Shown here piece by piece: positions 54,924 to 64,000 of a DNA stretch of 64,000 nt. The DNA lies in NCBI GenBank assembly GCA_036149055.1, contig JAYZQJ010000082.1, positions 1 to 64,000 on the forward strand, in the 5' to 3' direction. The notes beneath the pieces were generated by a model. That model did not search any database. It saw only the letters and a list, made by a program, of their open reading frames with translations, and was not told where the DNA came from. Positions within the stretch are counted from its first letter, which is position 1. Every line of letters starts with the position of its first letter. The stretch is from Myxococcota bacterium. Its GTDB lineage: Bacteria; Myxococcota_A; Polyangia; Polyangiales; Sandaracinaceae. The translations under genes were made by a program, and so were the position numbers.

Positions 54924-57353
54924 TCAGGTTCCGTCCTCGGACCCCGGCTCGGGCGTCTCCTCCGGCTCGGTCCCGAACTGGTTCATCAGGAAGCTGCTCG
55001 TGTCGAGCACGTCGGGCGGGGTCGCGGTCTCGGTGGGCACGGTGCCCTCGAGGAAGACCTCCTCCAGCGTGTCGTCCTGCCCGTCGTAGGCGAGCAGGCC
55101 GCTCGCCGGGTCGATGGTGGCCGTGACCACGCCGCTCGGCACCGCGAAGTCCCGCCGCGGGCGACCGTCGAGCGCCGCGTCCATCACGTCGATCCAGATC
55201 GGCAGCGCGGTGCGGCCGCCGCTCTCCCGCCGTCCGAGCGGACGCCGGTCGTCGAAGCCCACCCACACGCCGGCGGTGAGCTCGGGCGAGAAGCCCACGA
55301 ACCACGCGTCGCGCACGTCGTTGCTCGTGCCCGTCTTGCCGGCCACCGAGCGCCGCAGTCGGCGCGCGCGCCGCGCGGTCCCGTCCCGCACCACGCTCGT
55401 CATCATGCTGGTGAGCACGTAGGCCTCCGCCGGCGACATCACGTCCCGCGGCGCCTCGCGCTCCGGCAGCGGCACCTCGCGGCCGTCCGGCCCGACGATG
55501 CGCTCGATCAGGCGCGGCGGCTCCCAGCGCCCGCCGGCCGGGAACGTCGCGTAGGCGTTCACGAGCTCGATCGGGCGCACGTCCGAGGCGCCGAGCGCGA
55601 GGGCCAGGGTGGGCTCGAGCTCGGTCGAGATCCCGAGCTCCCGCGCGAAGCGCACCACCTCGGGCGGGGTGACGTCCTCCATCACCCGCACCGCGACCTG
55701 GTTGATCGAGCGGGCGAGGGCCTGCCGCAGGCGGATGTGCCCCTCGAAGCTCCAGGTCTCGTAGTTGCTCGGCCGCCAGTCGTCGTAGACGCCCGGGGCG
55801 TCGATCACGATCGAGGCGGGCGTGTAGCGCCGCGAGCGGAGCGCGGTCGCGTAGACGAAGGGCTTGAACGTGCTCCCGGGCTGCCGCACCGCCTGGGTCG
55901 CGCGATCGAAGCCGGGGCCCTCGTCGTAGCTCCCGACCAGCGCGAGCACGTGCCGCGTGCGGGGATCGATCACCACGATCGCGCCCTGCGGGCCGAGCTC
56001 GAGCCGGGCCCTCGCCGGCGCCTCGGGGTCCTCCTCGCTCGGCAGCTGCTGGATTGACGCGCGCACCCGCGCGCCCTCCTCGGCGAGCTCGCTCGGCGGG
56101 AGCTCGTCGGGGTTCCAGCGCGCGAGGTCGGTCACGTTCGCCGCCGCGCGGTGCCCGCCCACGTCGAGCAGCACCAGCCCGTGCTCATCGTCCGCGCCGG
56201 TCACCCGGGCGTCGTAGGTGCCGCCCACCCGCAGCGCCTCGACCTGCGTCAGCTCGCGCGCTCGCCGGGGAGCGCTCAGCGGCACCCGGAGCCGCTGCCG
56301 CTCGTCGACCGCCTCGAGCCCTTCGCGCAAGGCCGCGCGGGCGGCGTCCTGCAGATCCGCGTCGATCGTCGTGTGGATCGTGTAGCCGCCGCGGGCCGCC
56401 GCCTCCGCGCCGACCTGCTCCCGGAGCACGCGCCGGGCCCGCGCCATCACCTCCGGCGCGCGGTGCTCGCGCTCGGGCAGCGGGATGATCTCCACCTCCG
56501 CCTCGCGGGCGGCGGCGATGTCCTCCTCGCTGAGATCCGGCCAGTACTCCACGCGCTTCTCCGAGAGCTGGCGGAGCACGAAGAGCTGCCGCCGCCGGGC
56601 CGCGTCGGGGTGGGTCCGGGGCGAGAGGTGGGTGGGCGACTGCGGGATGCCGGCGATCAGCGACGCCTGCGCGAGCGTCAGCTCCTCGACGTTCACGCCG
56701 AAGTAGTACTGCGAGGCCTCTTGCACCCCGTAGCGGCCGTGGCCGAAGTTCACCTGGTTCAGGTAGAGCTCGAGGATCTCGTCCTTGGTGAACTCCTGCT
56801 CCAGCCGCCGCGCGAGCATGAGCTCGCGGATCTTGCGCGACAGCGCGCGCTCCGGCGTCAGCAGCAGGTTCTTGATCACCTGCTGGGTGATCGTGCTCGT
56901 GCCCCGGAAGCGGCCGCCGCCGACCAGCCCTCGGGCCACCGCGCGGATCAGGCCCGGGTAGTCGAGCCCCTCGTGCCGATAGAAGTCGGCGTCCTCGGCC
57001 GCGAGCACGCTCAGGACGAGCACCCGCGGGACTCGCTCGAGGGGGACCACGGTCCGTCGCTCGCGCCAGCTCTCGCCGAGCAGCTCCCCGTCCCGGTCCA
57101 CGACCCGGGTGACCTGCGGCGGGCGGTAGTCGTGCAGGGCGGTGACGTCGGGCAGGTCGCGGCCGTAGTAGGCGAAGACCCCGCCGAGGCCGAGCGCGGC
57201 GAGGAGCACCGCGGCCAGCAGCGTCACCACGAGGCGCTTGGTCCACTTCCAGACCCGCCCCGGCTTCTTCGCGGCCGCGTTCGCGCGCGAGCGCGAGGGC
57301 CGCGGCGCCCGCCCCGACCTCTTCGAGGCACCCTTTCGACGCGCCGTCGCCAC
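54924..57353 (-). CDS. mrcA: Penicillin-binding protein 1A (class A PBP; start uncertain)
   Basis: Transglycosylase AEDADFYRH.G, STITQQ..KN, RKIRE; transpeptidase GSTFK, SIN, KTGT. Confidence 0.88.
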   Translation of the reverse strand: MATARRKGASKRSGRAPRPSRSRANAAAKKPGRVWKWTKRLVVTLLAAVLLAALGLGGVFAYYGRDLPDVTALHDYRPPQVTRVVDRDGELLGESWRERRTVVPLERVPRVLVLSVLAAEDADFYRHEGLDYPGLIRAVARGLVGGGRFRGTSTITQQVIKNLLLTPERALSRKIRELMLARRLEQEFTKDEILELYLNQVNFGHGRYGVQEASQYYFGVNVEELTLAQASLIAGIPQSPTHLSPRTHPDAARRRQLFVLRQLSEKRVEYWPDLSEEDIAAAREAEVEIIPLPEREHRAPEVMARARRVLREQVGAEAAARGGYTIHTTIDADLQDAARAALREGLEAVDERQRLRVPLSAPRRARELTQVEALRVGGTYDARVTGADDEHGLVLLDVGGHRAAANVTDLARWNPDELPPSELAEEGARVRASIQQLPSEEDPEAPARARLELGPQGAIVVIDPRTRHVLALVGSYDEGPGFDRATQAVRQPGSTFKPFVYATALRSRRYTPASIVIDAPGVYDDWRPSNYETWSFEGHIRLRQALARSINQVAVRVMEDVTPPEVVRFARELGISTELEPTLALALGASDVRPIELVNAYATFPAGGRWEPPRLIERIVGPDGREVPLPEREAPRDVMSPAEAYVLTSMMTSVVRDGTARRARRLRRSVAGKTGTSNDVRDAWFVGFSPELTAGVWVGFDDRRPLGRRESGGRTALPIWIDVMDAALDGRPRRDFAVPSGVVTATIDPASGLLAYDGQDDTLEEVFLEGTVPTETATPPDVLDTSSFLMNQFGTEPEETPEPGSEDGT

Positions 57354-57489
57354 GCGTCCGGACCGTACCGCTGTGGAAGGAAGGCGCAAAGCTCCGCGTG
57401 CAGAACCCGCCGACCGCGCCTACTTCTTCCGGGACGGTCGCACATTGTCCTCGATTGCGGTCGCGGGACGCCGTATCTACTTCCGAGTC

Positions 57490-58893
57490 ATGGGGCTGGA
57501 CTTCGACCTGCGCGCGACCTCGGCCGCCCTCGGCGCGGCGGGGATCGGTCTGCTCCGCTACGACCGGGCGCACGGTCTCCGCCTCGACGCGCGCGCCCGG
57601 GCCCTGCTCGGGGGCGAAGCGCCCGCCGACGGGGTGGCCGAGTGGCTCGCCGCGCGGGCCGAGGGGGACGCCCTGGTCGGCGCGTGGGAGCCGATCCTGG
57701 CCGGCGACGTCCCGGAGCTGCGGCGCGATCTGCGGGTCGCGCTCGAGGGCGGCGCGCGGGAGCTCCGGCTGGTGGCCTCCCTGCACGAGGGCGCGGTCGT
57801 GGGCACGCTGCAGGCGGTGGAGCCGGCGGAGGCGCTCCGGCGAAAGGCCGAGCGGAGCGAGCAGCGCTTCCGCGCCATCTACGAGAACGCGCCGGTGATG
57901 ATCGACGCCTTCGGGCCGGACGGCGGGCTCGTGCTCTGGAACCGGGAGTGCGAGCGGGTGCTCGGGTACACCGCCGACGAGGTGACGGCCTGCGACGACC
58001 CGATGGAGCTGTTCTACCCGGACCCGGAGACCCGCGAGGCCGTCTTCGCGACGATCGTGAATCCGGACGGCCAGTTCCGGGAGTTCCAGGTGCGGACCCG
58101 CCATGGCATGCGGGCGCAGCGCTGGGCGAACTTCGCGCTCCCCGAGGGCGAGATCATCAGCGTCGGCTATGACGTGACCGACCTGCGCGTCTCCCACGAC
58201 CAGCTCGCGCGATCGAACCGGGAGCTCGAGGAGTTCGCCTACGTCGCCTCCCACGACCTGCAGGAGCCGCTCCGCATGGTGCGCAGCTACGTGACGCTGC
58301 TCGAGGAGGAGTACGGGGATCGGCTCGACGAGGAGGGGCGCACCTACATGGCCTACGCCGTCGACGGCGCGCGGCGCATGCAGGCCCTCGTGCACGATCT
58401 GCTCGCCTACTCCCGGGTCCAGAACCGCGAGCTGGAGCTCGAGTCGGTCGACCTCGGGGAGGTGCTCGCCGACGTCGCCGCGGAGGTCGAGCCGGCGCGC
58501 CTCGCGGCGGACGGCGAGATCGGGGTCGGGCCCCTGCCCACCGTGATCGGCGACCGAGGCCAGCTGCACCGCCTCTTCCTCAACCTGGTGAGCAACGCCC
58601 TGAAGTTCCGCCGCCCCGGGGAGCCGCCGCGGGTCTCCGTGCAGGCGCGGCGAGACGGCGAGCGCTGGCGCGTCGAGGTCGGGGACGAGGGCATCGGCTT
58701 CGATCCCGCGCAGGCCGAGCGCGCCTTCGGCATGTTCCAGCGCCTCAACAAGCGCAGCGAGTACGAGGGGACCGGCATCGGCCTCGCGATCTGCCGGCAG
58801 ATCGCCCTCCGCCACGGCGGCGCGATCGGCGTCGAGACCGAGCGGGGGGAGGGCAGCACGTTCTGGGTGCTCCTCCCCGAGTCGCCGGCTTGA
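57490..58893 (+). CDS. PAS-domain histidine kinase (soluble, Cph1/BphP-like HisKA)
   Basis: RFRAIYENAP..WN..CERVLGY; FAYVASHDLQEPLR; NALKF; FQRL..GTGIGLAIC. Confidence 0.88.
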   Translation: MGLDFDLRATSAALGAAGIGLLRYDRAHGLRLDARARALLGGEAPADGVAEWLAARAEGDALVGAWEPILAGDVPELRRDLRVALEGGARELRLVASLHEGAVVGTLQAVEPAEALRRKAERSEQRFRAIYENAPVMIDAFGPDGGLVLWNRECERVLGYTADEVTACDDPMELFYPDPETREAVFATIVNPDGQFREFQVRTRHGMRAQRWANFALPEGEIISVGYDVTDLRVSHDQLARSNRELEEFAYVASHDLQEPLRMVRSYVTLLEEEYGDRLDEEGRTYMAYAVDGARRMQALVHDLLAYSRVQNRELELESVDLGEVLADVAAEVEPARLAADGEIGVGPLPTVIGDRGQLHRLFLNLVSNALKFRRPGEPPRVSVQARRDGERWRVEVGDEGIGFDPAQAERAFGMFQRLNKRSEYEGTGIGLAICRQIALRHGGAIGVETERGEGSTFWVLLPESPA

Positions 58894-59574
58894 TCAGGCC
58901 TCTCGCACGATGCGCTCGGCGTCGCGCACCTGGTGCATGAGGAAGCGCGCGCGGATCTCATCGCGGGCCGCCTCGTCGAGGTCGCCGTGCCGCCCGCGAG
59001 AGGCGACGTAGAGCGTGATCGCCGAGGCCACCGACACGTTCAGGCTCTCGACGAAGCCCTCCATCGGGATCGCGTAGGTGCCGTCGGCCGCGTCGCGCAC
59101 CGCCTGGCTCACGCCCTTGTGCTCGTTGCCGAACACGATCGCGGCCCGCTCGACGTCCGCGATCTGCTCGGGTCCGACGTCGCCGTCCATCGCCGCGACG
59201 TAGACCCGGTAGCCGCGCGTCTTCAGGTGATCGAGGCACGCGTGGATGTCGCGGTGCTTCACCAGGTCGAGCCAGCGATGGGTCCCCCGGGTGACCCGGT
59301 GGCTGACCAAGAAGGGGTGGCGATCCTCGACCACGTGCACCTCGTGGCAGCCGAAGGCGTCGGCGCTGCGCATCACCGCGGCGCCGTTGTGCGGATCGGC
59401 GAGGTCCTCGAGCACCGGGACGAGCGAGCGCGTGCGGCGCGCGATCACCGCGTCCATGCGGGCGAGGCGGGCCGGGGTGACGAGCGGTGAGAGGGCGCGC
59501 ACCACCTGCGCCGCAGGGGCGGGGAGGGGATCGAGAGCGCCGAGCTCGATGACGTCGGGGTGATCGCGCTTCAA
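58894..59574 (-). CDS. trmH: SpoU/TrmH-family RNA 2'-O-methyltransferase
   Basis: DPHNGAAVMRSADAFG, VFGNEHKGVS, IPM.GFVESLNVSVA; TTG start overlaps the kinase stop. Confidence 0.78.
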   Translation of the reverse strand: MKRDHPDVIELGALDPLPAPAAQVVRALSPLVTPARLARMDAVIARRTRSLVPVLEDLADPHNGAAVMRSADAFGCHEVHVVEDRHPFLVSHRVTRGTHRWLDLVKHRDIHACLDHLKTRGYRVYVAAMDGDVGPEQIADVERAAIVFGNEHKGVSQAVRDAADGTYAIPMEGFVESLNVSVASAITLYVASRGRHGDLDEAARDEIRARFLMHQVRDAERIVREA

Positions 59575-60821
59575 GGCTTCTCTTTGCCACGCTCGAGCAC
59601 CACGCGCAGGTCCTCCGAGACGAAGCTGTCGCTGACCTCGGTGGGATCCTCCGGGCCCGGCAGCGCCTGGGTCTTCACGGTGGCGTCGGCCGACTGGAAC
59701 CGTGGCATCACCGCCTGCGCGTCCTGGAGCGTGTCGTGCCCGAACGCGCGGAACGCCTCCCGGGCCGCGCGCCCGGCCTCGCGCAGATCCTCGAGCATGA
59801 TCTGCGCGCTCGCGGGCCGGTCGGCGGCGTCCGGCGAGAGCGCCCTCAGGATCACCTCCTCGACCGCAGGGGAGATCCGGGGCTGGAAGCGCGACGGCGG
59901 CACCGGGCGCTGCTTGAGGATCTTCACGAGGAGCTTCTCGTAGCTCTCCGCGTTGAACGGCAGCACGCCGGTCAGCGACTCGTAGAGCAGCACGCCCATC
60001 GCCCAGATGTCGATCCGGTGGTCGACCTCCCGGTCGCCCCGCGCCTGCTCCGGCGAGAGGTAGTAGGGCGTGCCGACGACCACGCCGGTCATCGTCATCG
60101 ACATCGTCTGCTCGGTCAGGCTCTTGCTGACCCCGAAGTCGAGGAGCTTGGCCACCGTCTCGCCGCGTCGCTCCGTCAAGAAGACGTTCTCGGGCTTGAG
60201 GTCGCGGTGGATGACGCCGCGCTCGTGCGCGGCCTCGAGCGCGCTGAGCACCTGCGCGGCGATGTCGAGCGCCTCCGCCTCCGAGAGCGGGCCCTCCTGG
60301 TGTACGCGCTGGGCGAGGCTCTGGCCCTCGAGCAGCTCCATCACCTGGAAGGGGATGCCGCCGTCGAGGTGGCCGAGGTCGAACACCTCCACGATGTTCG
60401 GGTGGCCGAGGCTCCCGGCCACCCGCGCCTCGCGCAGGAAGCGGCGCTCGGACTCGCTGCCCTGCTCGTAGCCGCGATAGAGCACCTTCAGGGCCACCGG
60501 CTTGTCGATGCGGGTGTTGCGAGCCCGGAACACCGCGCCCATGCCGCCGCGGCCGATCAGCGCCTCGATGCGGTACTTCCCCTCGACGATCTTGCCGATG
60601 TAGGTGTGCAGCGAGGACGGGTCGAGATCCCGCTCGCCCTCACCGCGGGACCACGGCGCGAGGCTGTGCTCCCAGCTGTAGTCCTCTTCGCTCGGCGGGG
60701 GCTTGGGCCGGCGCCGCGGCTTGGGGGCCTCGAGCGACTTGCCCTGCACCGGGCACACGGTCAGCTCCGCCTCGTGCGGGAGGCCGCAGTGTGGACACCG
60801 GATGAAACGTTGCGCGCTCAT
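59571..60821 (-). CDS. Hanks-type Ser/Thr protein kinase with N-terminal Cys/His zinc-ribbon-like motif
   Basis: CPHC..H......CP; GRGGMG.V, ALK, HRDLKPEN, DFG, GTPYYLSPEQ. Confidence 0.92.
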   Translation of the reverse strand: MSAQRFIRCPHCGLPHEAELTVCPVQGKSLEAPKPRRRPKPPPSEEDYSWEHSLAPWSRGEGERDLDPSSLHTYIGKIVEGKYRIEALIGRGGMGAVFRARNTRIDKPVALKVLYRGYEQGSESERRFLREARVAGSLGHPNIVEVFDLGHLDGGIPFQVMELLEGQSLAQRVHQEGPLSEAEALDIAAQVLSALEAAHERGVIHRDLKPENVFLTERRGETVAKLLDFGVSKSLTEQTMSMTMTGVVVGTPYYLSPEQARGDREVDHRIDIWAMGVLLYESLTGVLPFNAESYEKLLVKILKQRPVPPSRFQPRISPAVEEVILRALSPDAADRPASAQIMLEDLREAGRAAREAFRAFGHDTLQDAQAVMPRFQSADATVKTQALPGPEDPTEVSDSFVSEDLRVVLERGKEKP

Positions 60822-60884
60822 GACGAGAGCCCCCCCAGCTCTCGAGAGGATGGCCTACGACGGTACGCCGAGGCGCCGGCGCGC

Positions 60885-61352
60885 TCAAGCCCCGCGCTGG
60901 CCGAGGCGGATGCCGAGGATGAGCGTCCCGTTCCGGTGCGACTGGCCGGCGACGAAGAAGGGATCCCCCGGGGAGGTGACCACGTTCATCTCGGGCAGGT
61001 AGTCCCGCGTGCCCGGCCGGTTGATCGAGACCTGGACGCGATAGCGCCCGTTGTCGGTCACCTCGCGCAGCAGGAGGCGGAGCGTGCGGCCGTTGGGCAG
61101 CTGCAGCTCGTGCGCCTCGCCGACGGTGAGCGAGATGCGCGGCGACGACAGCAGGGTCATCGAGCCATAGCTGTCGAAGGGCGGGCGGTGGAGCGCCGGG
61201 ACGTTGGCGAGCCGCGGGTCGCGCGGGCCGTCGCCGTCGCTGGCGAGCACGATCAGGACCTGGCCGTCGACCGGGGCCTGCGCCCGCGCCTGCGCGGACG
61301 CGATCGCGACGGCCGCGCCGATCGCGAGCGTCGCCAGGAGGCGCCGGGTCAC
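60885..61352 (-). CDS. Exported hypothetical protein, 155 aa (ECF operon third gene)
   Basis: Signal peptide ending AQARA-Q; GTGA overlap with the anti-sigma gene. Confidence 0.7.
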   Translation of the reverse strand: MTRRLLATLAIGAAVAIASAQARAQAPVDGQVLIVLASDGDGPRDPRLANVPALHRPPFDSYGSMTLLSSPRISLTVGEAHELQLPNGRTLRLLLREVTDNGRYRVQVSINRPGTRDYLPEMNVVTSPGDPFFVAGQSHRNGTLILGIRLGQRGA

Positions 61353-62011
61353 TGGACCACCTCTCGATCCTCGGTGTCGATCTTCTCGTCGCTGATCCAC
61401 ACCACCGCGTACTGCTCCCCTTCGGTGCCCTCGACCGCGAAGATCGCCCCGGTGCTGTAGCCGAAGTCGACCTCTTCGATCTCGGAGCCGGGCGGCGGCT
61501 CGGCCTCGGCGACCGCCGTGGGCGCGACCTCCGGCGGGTTCGAGTCGCTGTCGTTCGAGGCGGTGCTGGGCGGGTCCCCCGCGTCGCGCAGCACGAAGAA
61601 GAGCACCGCGGCCGCGGCCGCGAGCACCCCGAGCCCGATCCAGAGGCCGTTCCCACGCTCGTCCGCGGGCTGGGCCGCCGGCGTCTCCTTCTTGCCGCCC
61701 TCGACCACCCGCAGCGGCGCGCGCGCGGGCTCGGCGGCCGGCTCGACCGCGCCGGGGAACATGGGCTCGTCGTCCTCGGCGCCCTCGTCGACGCCGGCCT
61801 GGATGCGCGCGAAGAGCGCGTCGGAGTCCACCTCGGCGCCGAGCGCGTCGGCGCTGGCGGTCATCAGCTCGTGCAGGTGCGACAGCCCGTCGAGCTTCGC
61901 GCGCAGGGCGTCGTCCGACTCGAGCAGCTGCTCGAGCTCGCGCGCCTCGGCCGGAGGAAGCTCTCCGTCGAAGTACTGCTGCAGTCGGTCGTCGCGGTTC
62001 GGGGCGGTCAT
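61349..62011 (-). CDS. Transmembrane anti-sigma factor
   Basis: LQQYFDGEL...E......L N-domain, single TM, directly downstream of the ECF sigma gene. Confidence 0.78.
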   Translation of the reverse strand: MTAPNRDDRLQQYFDGELPPAEARELEQLLESDDALRAKLDGLSHLHELMTASADALGAEVDSDALFARIQAGVDEGAEDDEPMFPGAVEPAAEPARAPLRVVEGGKKETPAAQPADERGNGLWIGLGVLAAAAAVLFFVLRDAGDPPSTASNDSDSNPPEVAPTAVAEAEPPPGSEIEEVDFGYSTGAIFAVEGTEGEQYAVVWISDEKIDTEDREVVQ

Positions 62012-62014
62012 CGT

Positions 62015-62740
62015 TCAGTCCTCGAGGTGGAGCTCCCCCTCCATGTAGTCGCTCAGCGCGGCCTGCATCTTCTTCCGGGCGTGGAACAGGCGGCTCATGA
62101 TCGTGCCCTTCGGCACGCCCAGGGTCTCGCTCATCTCTTCGTAGCTCAGGCCTTCGATCTCTCTCAGGAGGATGACGGCGCGGTGGTACTCGGGCAGCTC
62201 GTCGAGCGCGCCCTGGATCTTCTCGAGCAGCTCGCGCCGCACCACGGTCTTGCCGGGGTTGGCGTCCAGGATCCGCGGCAGCAGCGTCCCGTCGCCGGCC
62301 ACCTCGTCGGCCTCGCGACCCACGCCGTCGTCGTACTCCAAGCCCTTGGAGTTCTTGCGGCGCCGGACGTGGTCGATCGAGAGGTTCATGATGATCCGGT
62401 AGAGCCAGGTGTAGAAGCTGCTCGAGCCCTGGAACTTGCCGATGTGCTTGTGGACCTTGACGAAGCCGTCCTGGACCACGTCCAGCGCGTCCTGTTTGTT
62501 CTTCACCACGCCGTAGGCCACGGCGAAGGCGCGCCGGTGATAGCGCTCGTAGAGGGCCCTGAAGGCCCGCTCGTCTCCTCCTTGGACCCGCTCGACCAGG
62601 GTGCGGTCGTCGGTCTCCTCCACCGAGGCGGGCCCGTCTGTCCCCTTGGACGCGGCCTCGTCCGCTTCATTCACGCCGCCCTTCGCCTCGTCGGAGGCGG
62701 GGCGCGAGTCGCGTGCGGCCGGGTCCATGCGGCGATTCAT
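62015..62740 (-). CDS. ECF RNA polymerase sigma factor (RpoE-like; start uncertain)
   Basis: GD..AF..LY, DVVQDGF, F.TWLYRI..NL.ID, LREIEGLSYEE....LG.P.GT.MSRLFHAR. Confidence 0.9.
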   Translation of the reverse strand: MNRRMDPAARDSRPASDEAKGGVNEADEAASKGTDGPASVEETDDRTLVERVQGGDERAFRALYERYHRRAFAVAYGVVKNKQDALDVVQDGFVKVHKHIGKFQGSSSFYTWLYRIIMNLSIDHVRRRKNSKGLEYDDGVGREADEVAGDGTLLPRILDANPGKTVVRRELLEKIQGALDELPEYHRAVILLREIEGLSYEEMSETLGVPKGTIMSRLFHARKKMQAALSDYMEGELHLED

Positions 62741-62837
62741 AGCACGCCCGTCGCCCCTTCGGCGCCGCTCGGGGGAGGGCTGCTCTGGTCTCTCGGTGCG
62801 GCTCGGTTTAGGGTCTGCCATCGTGAACATCGATCCA

Positions 62838-64000
62838 GTGGATCCCGGTCTGGCGGGGCTGAATCCGCCTCAGCGCGAGGCGGTCCTCCACGACGGAGGG
62901 CCCCTGGTGGTCTTCGCGGGCGCGGGCAGCGGCAAGACGCGCGTCATCACCTACCGCGTGGCGCACCTGGTGTCGGAGCGGGCGGTGGCGCCCTGGAACA
63001 TCCTGGCCGTCACCTTCACCAACAAGGCCGCCCAGGAGATGAGGGAGCGGCTCGGCAAGCTCATCGGCGGCCGGGCGCGCGATCTCTGGGTCGGCACCTT
63101 CCACGCGACCTGCGCGCGGCTGCTGCGCCGCTACGCCGACCAGGTCGGCGTGAAGCGCGACTTCTCCATCTACGACGACCAGGACAGCCGCGCGATGGTG
63201 AAGCGCGTGCTCAAGGACATGGAGCTCGACGAGAAGCGCTACGCGCCGAAGCTCCTCGTCAACCGGATCGGCCGGGAGAAGCAGGAGGTCCGCGGCCCGG
63301 GCGACATGATCGTCGGCAACGTCTTCGACGAGCAGATCCAGCGCATCTACGCCCAGTACGAGGAGCGCATGGCCAAGGCCAACGCGCTCGACTTCTCGGA
63401 CCTCATCTACCGCCTGGTGCTCGCGGTCGAGGCCGAGGAGAGCCTCCGGGTCGAGCTCGGGCGGCGCTTCCGGCACCTGCTCGTCGACGAGTTCCAGGAC
63501 ACCAACCACGTGCAGTACCGGCTGGTGCGCGCCATCGCCGCGCAGCACCGCCAGGTGACGGTGGTCGGCGACGACGACCAGGGCATCTACCGCTGGCGGG
63601 GCGCCGACCGGCGCAACATCCTCAACTTCCGCGAGGAGTTCCCGGACACCTCGATCATCAAGCTCGAGCAGAACTACCGGAGCACCCAGCGCATCCTGCG
63701 GGCCGCCAACTCCATCATCTCGCGCGCCGTGCACCGCGAGCCGAAGGAGCTGTGGACGGAGAACGAGGAGGGCGCGCCGATCAGCGTGGTGACCTGCTCC
63801 GACGAGCGGCAGGAGGCGGAGCTGATCGTCGAGGCGGTCCGGCAGCTGCGGATCGCCGGCCGATCGCTCGACGAGATGGCCGTCTTCTACCGGGTGCACG
63901 CCCAGTCGCGCGTCATCGAGGACGAGCTGCGGCGGACCAACGTGCCCTACCGGATCGTCGGCGGCATGCGCTTCTACGACCGGGCCGAGATCAAGGACGT
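62838..64000 (+). CDS. pcrA: UvrD/PcrA ATP-dependent DNA helicase (truncated at window end)
   Basis: LNPPQREAV, AGAGSGKT, AVTFTNKAA.EM, GTFH, LVDEFQDTN, VGDDDQGIYRWRGA, KLEQNYRST (read directly; absent from the ORF track because there is no stop in the window). Confidence 0.88.
   Translation, partial: MDPGLAGLNPPQREAVLHDGGPLVVFAGAGSGKTRVITYRVAHLVSERAVAPWNILAVTFTNKAAQEMRERLGKLIGGRARDLWVGTFHATCARLLRRYADQVGVKRDFSIYDDQDSRAMVKRVLKDMELDEKRYAPKLLVNRIGREKQEVRGPGDMIVGNVFDEQIQRIYAQYEERMAKANALDFSDLIYRLVLAVEAEESLRVELGRRFRHLLVDEFQDTNHVQYRLVRAIAAQHRQVTVVGDDDQGIYRWRGADRRNILNFREEFPDTSIIKLEQNYRSTQRILRAANSIISRAVHREPKELWTENEEGAPISVVTCSDERQEAELIVEAVRQLRIAGRSLDEMAVFYRVHAQSRVIEDELRRTNVPYRIVGGMRFYDRAEIKD

Overview
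Very GC-rich bacterial chromosomal DNA whose gene style suggests Myxococcota, probably Polyangiales/Sandaracinaceae-like (inference): Cys-rich DAG-linker lipoproteins, RCC1 proteins, FHA-GGDEF, Ser/Thr kinase and many two-component systems. I call 50 tightly packed CDSs, many coupled by ATGA/GTGA overlaps. I found no rRNA, tRNA, CRISPR array or transposase. Highlights: (1) a histidine kinase with a plant-ETR1-like ethylene-binding domain, whose key Cu/ethylene residues have the same spacing as in ETR1, heading a phosphorelay operon (38976-43070). (2) A T6SS spike-tip accessory set (DUF2169-pentapeptide, pentapeptide, DUF3540, PAAR-like DUF4150) with no vgrG, hcp or tss core in the window, split over two convergent operons. 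One operon starts with a PC4-like ssDNA-binding gene and a lone recB; the other carries a giant TPR protein and a candidate effector/partner pair (2008-18517). (3) A composite non-coding repeat island built on 8-bp-period GCAGAGGC/GCAAAGAC motifs, with inverted ends and a dispersed copy (27666-28530, 312-373). (4) A PBP1A-FG-GAP-SBP-histidine kinase operon, a RegB-like kinase paired with a sigma54 activator, and a BagAB-like ArsA pair. All family calls come from motif recognition by eye, not from database searches.
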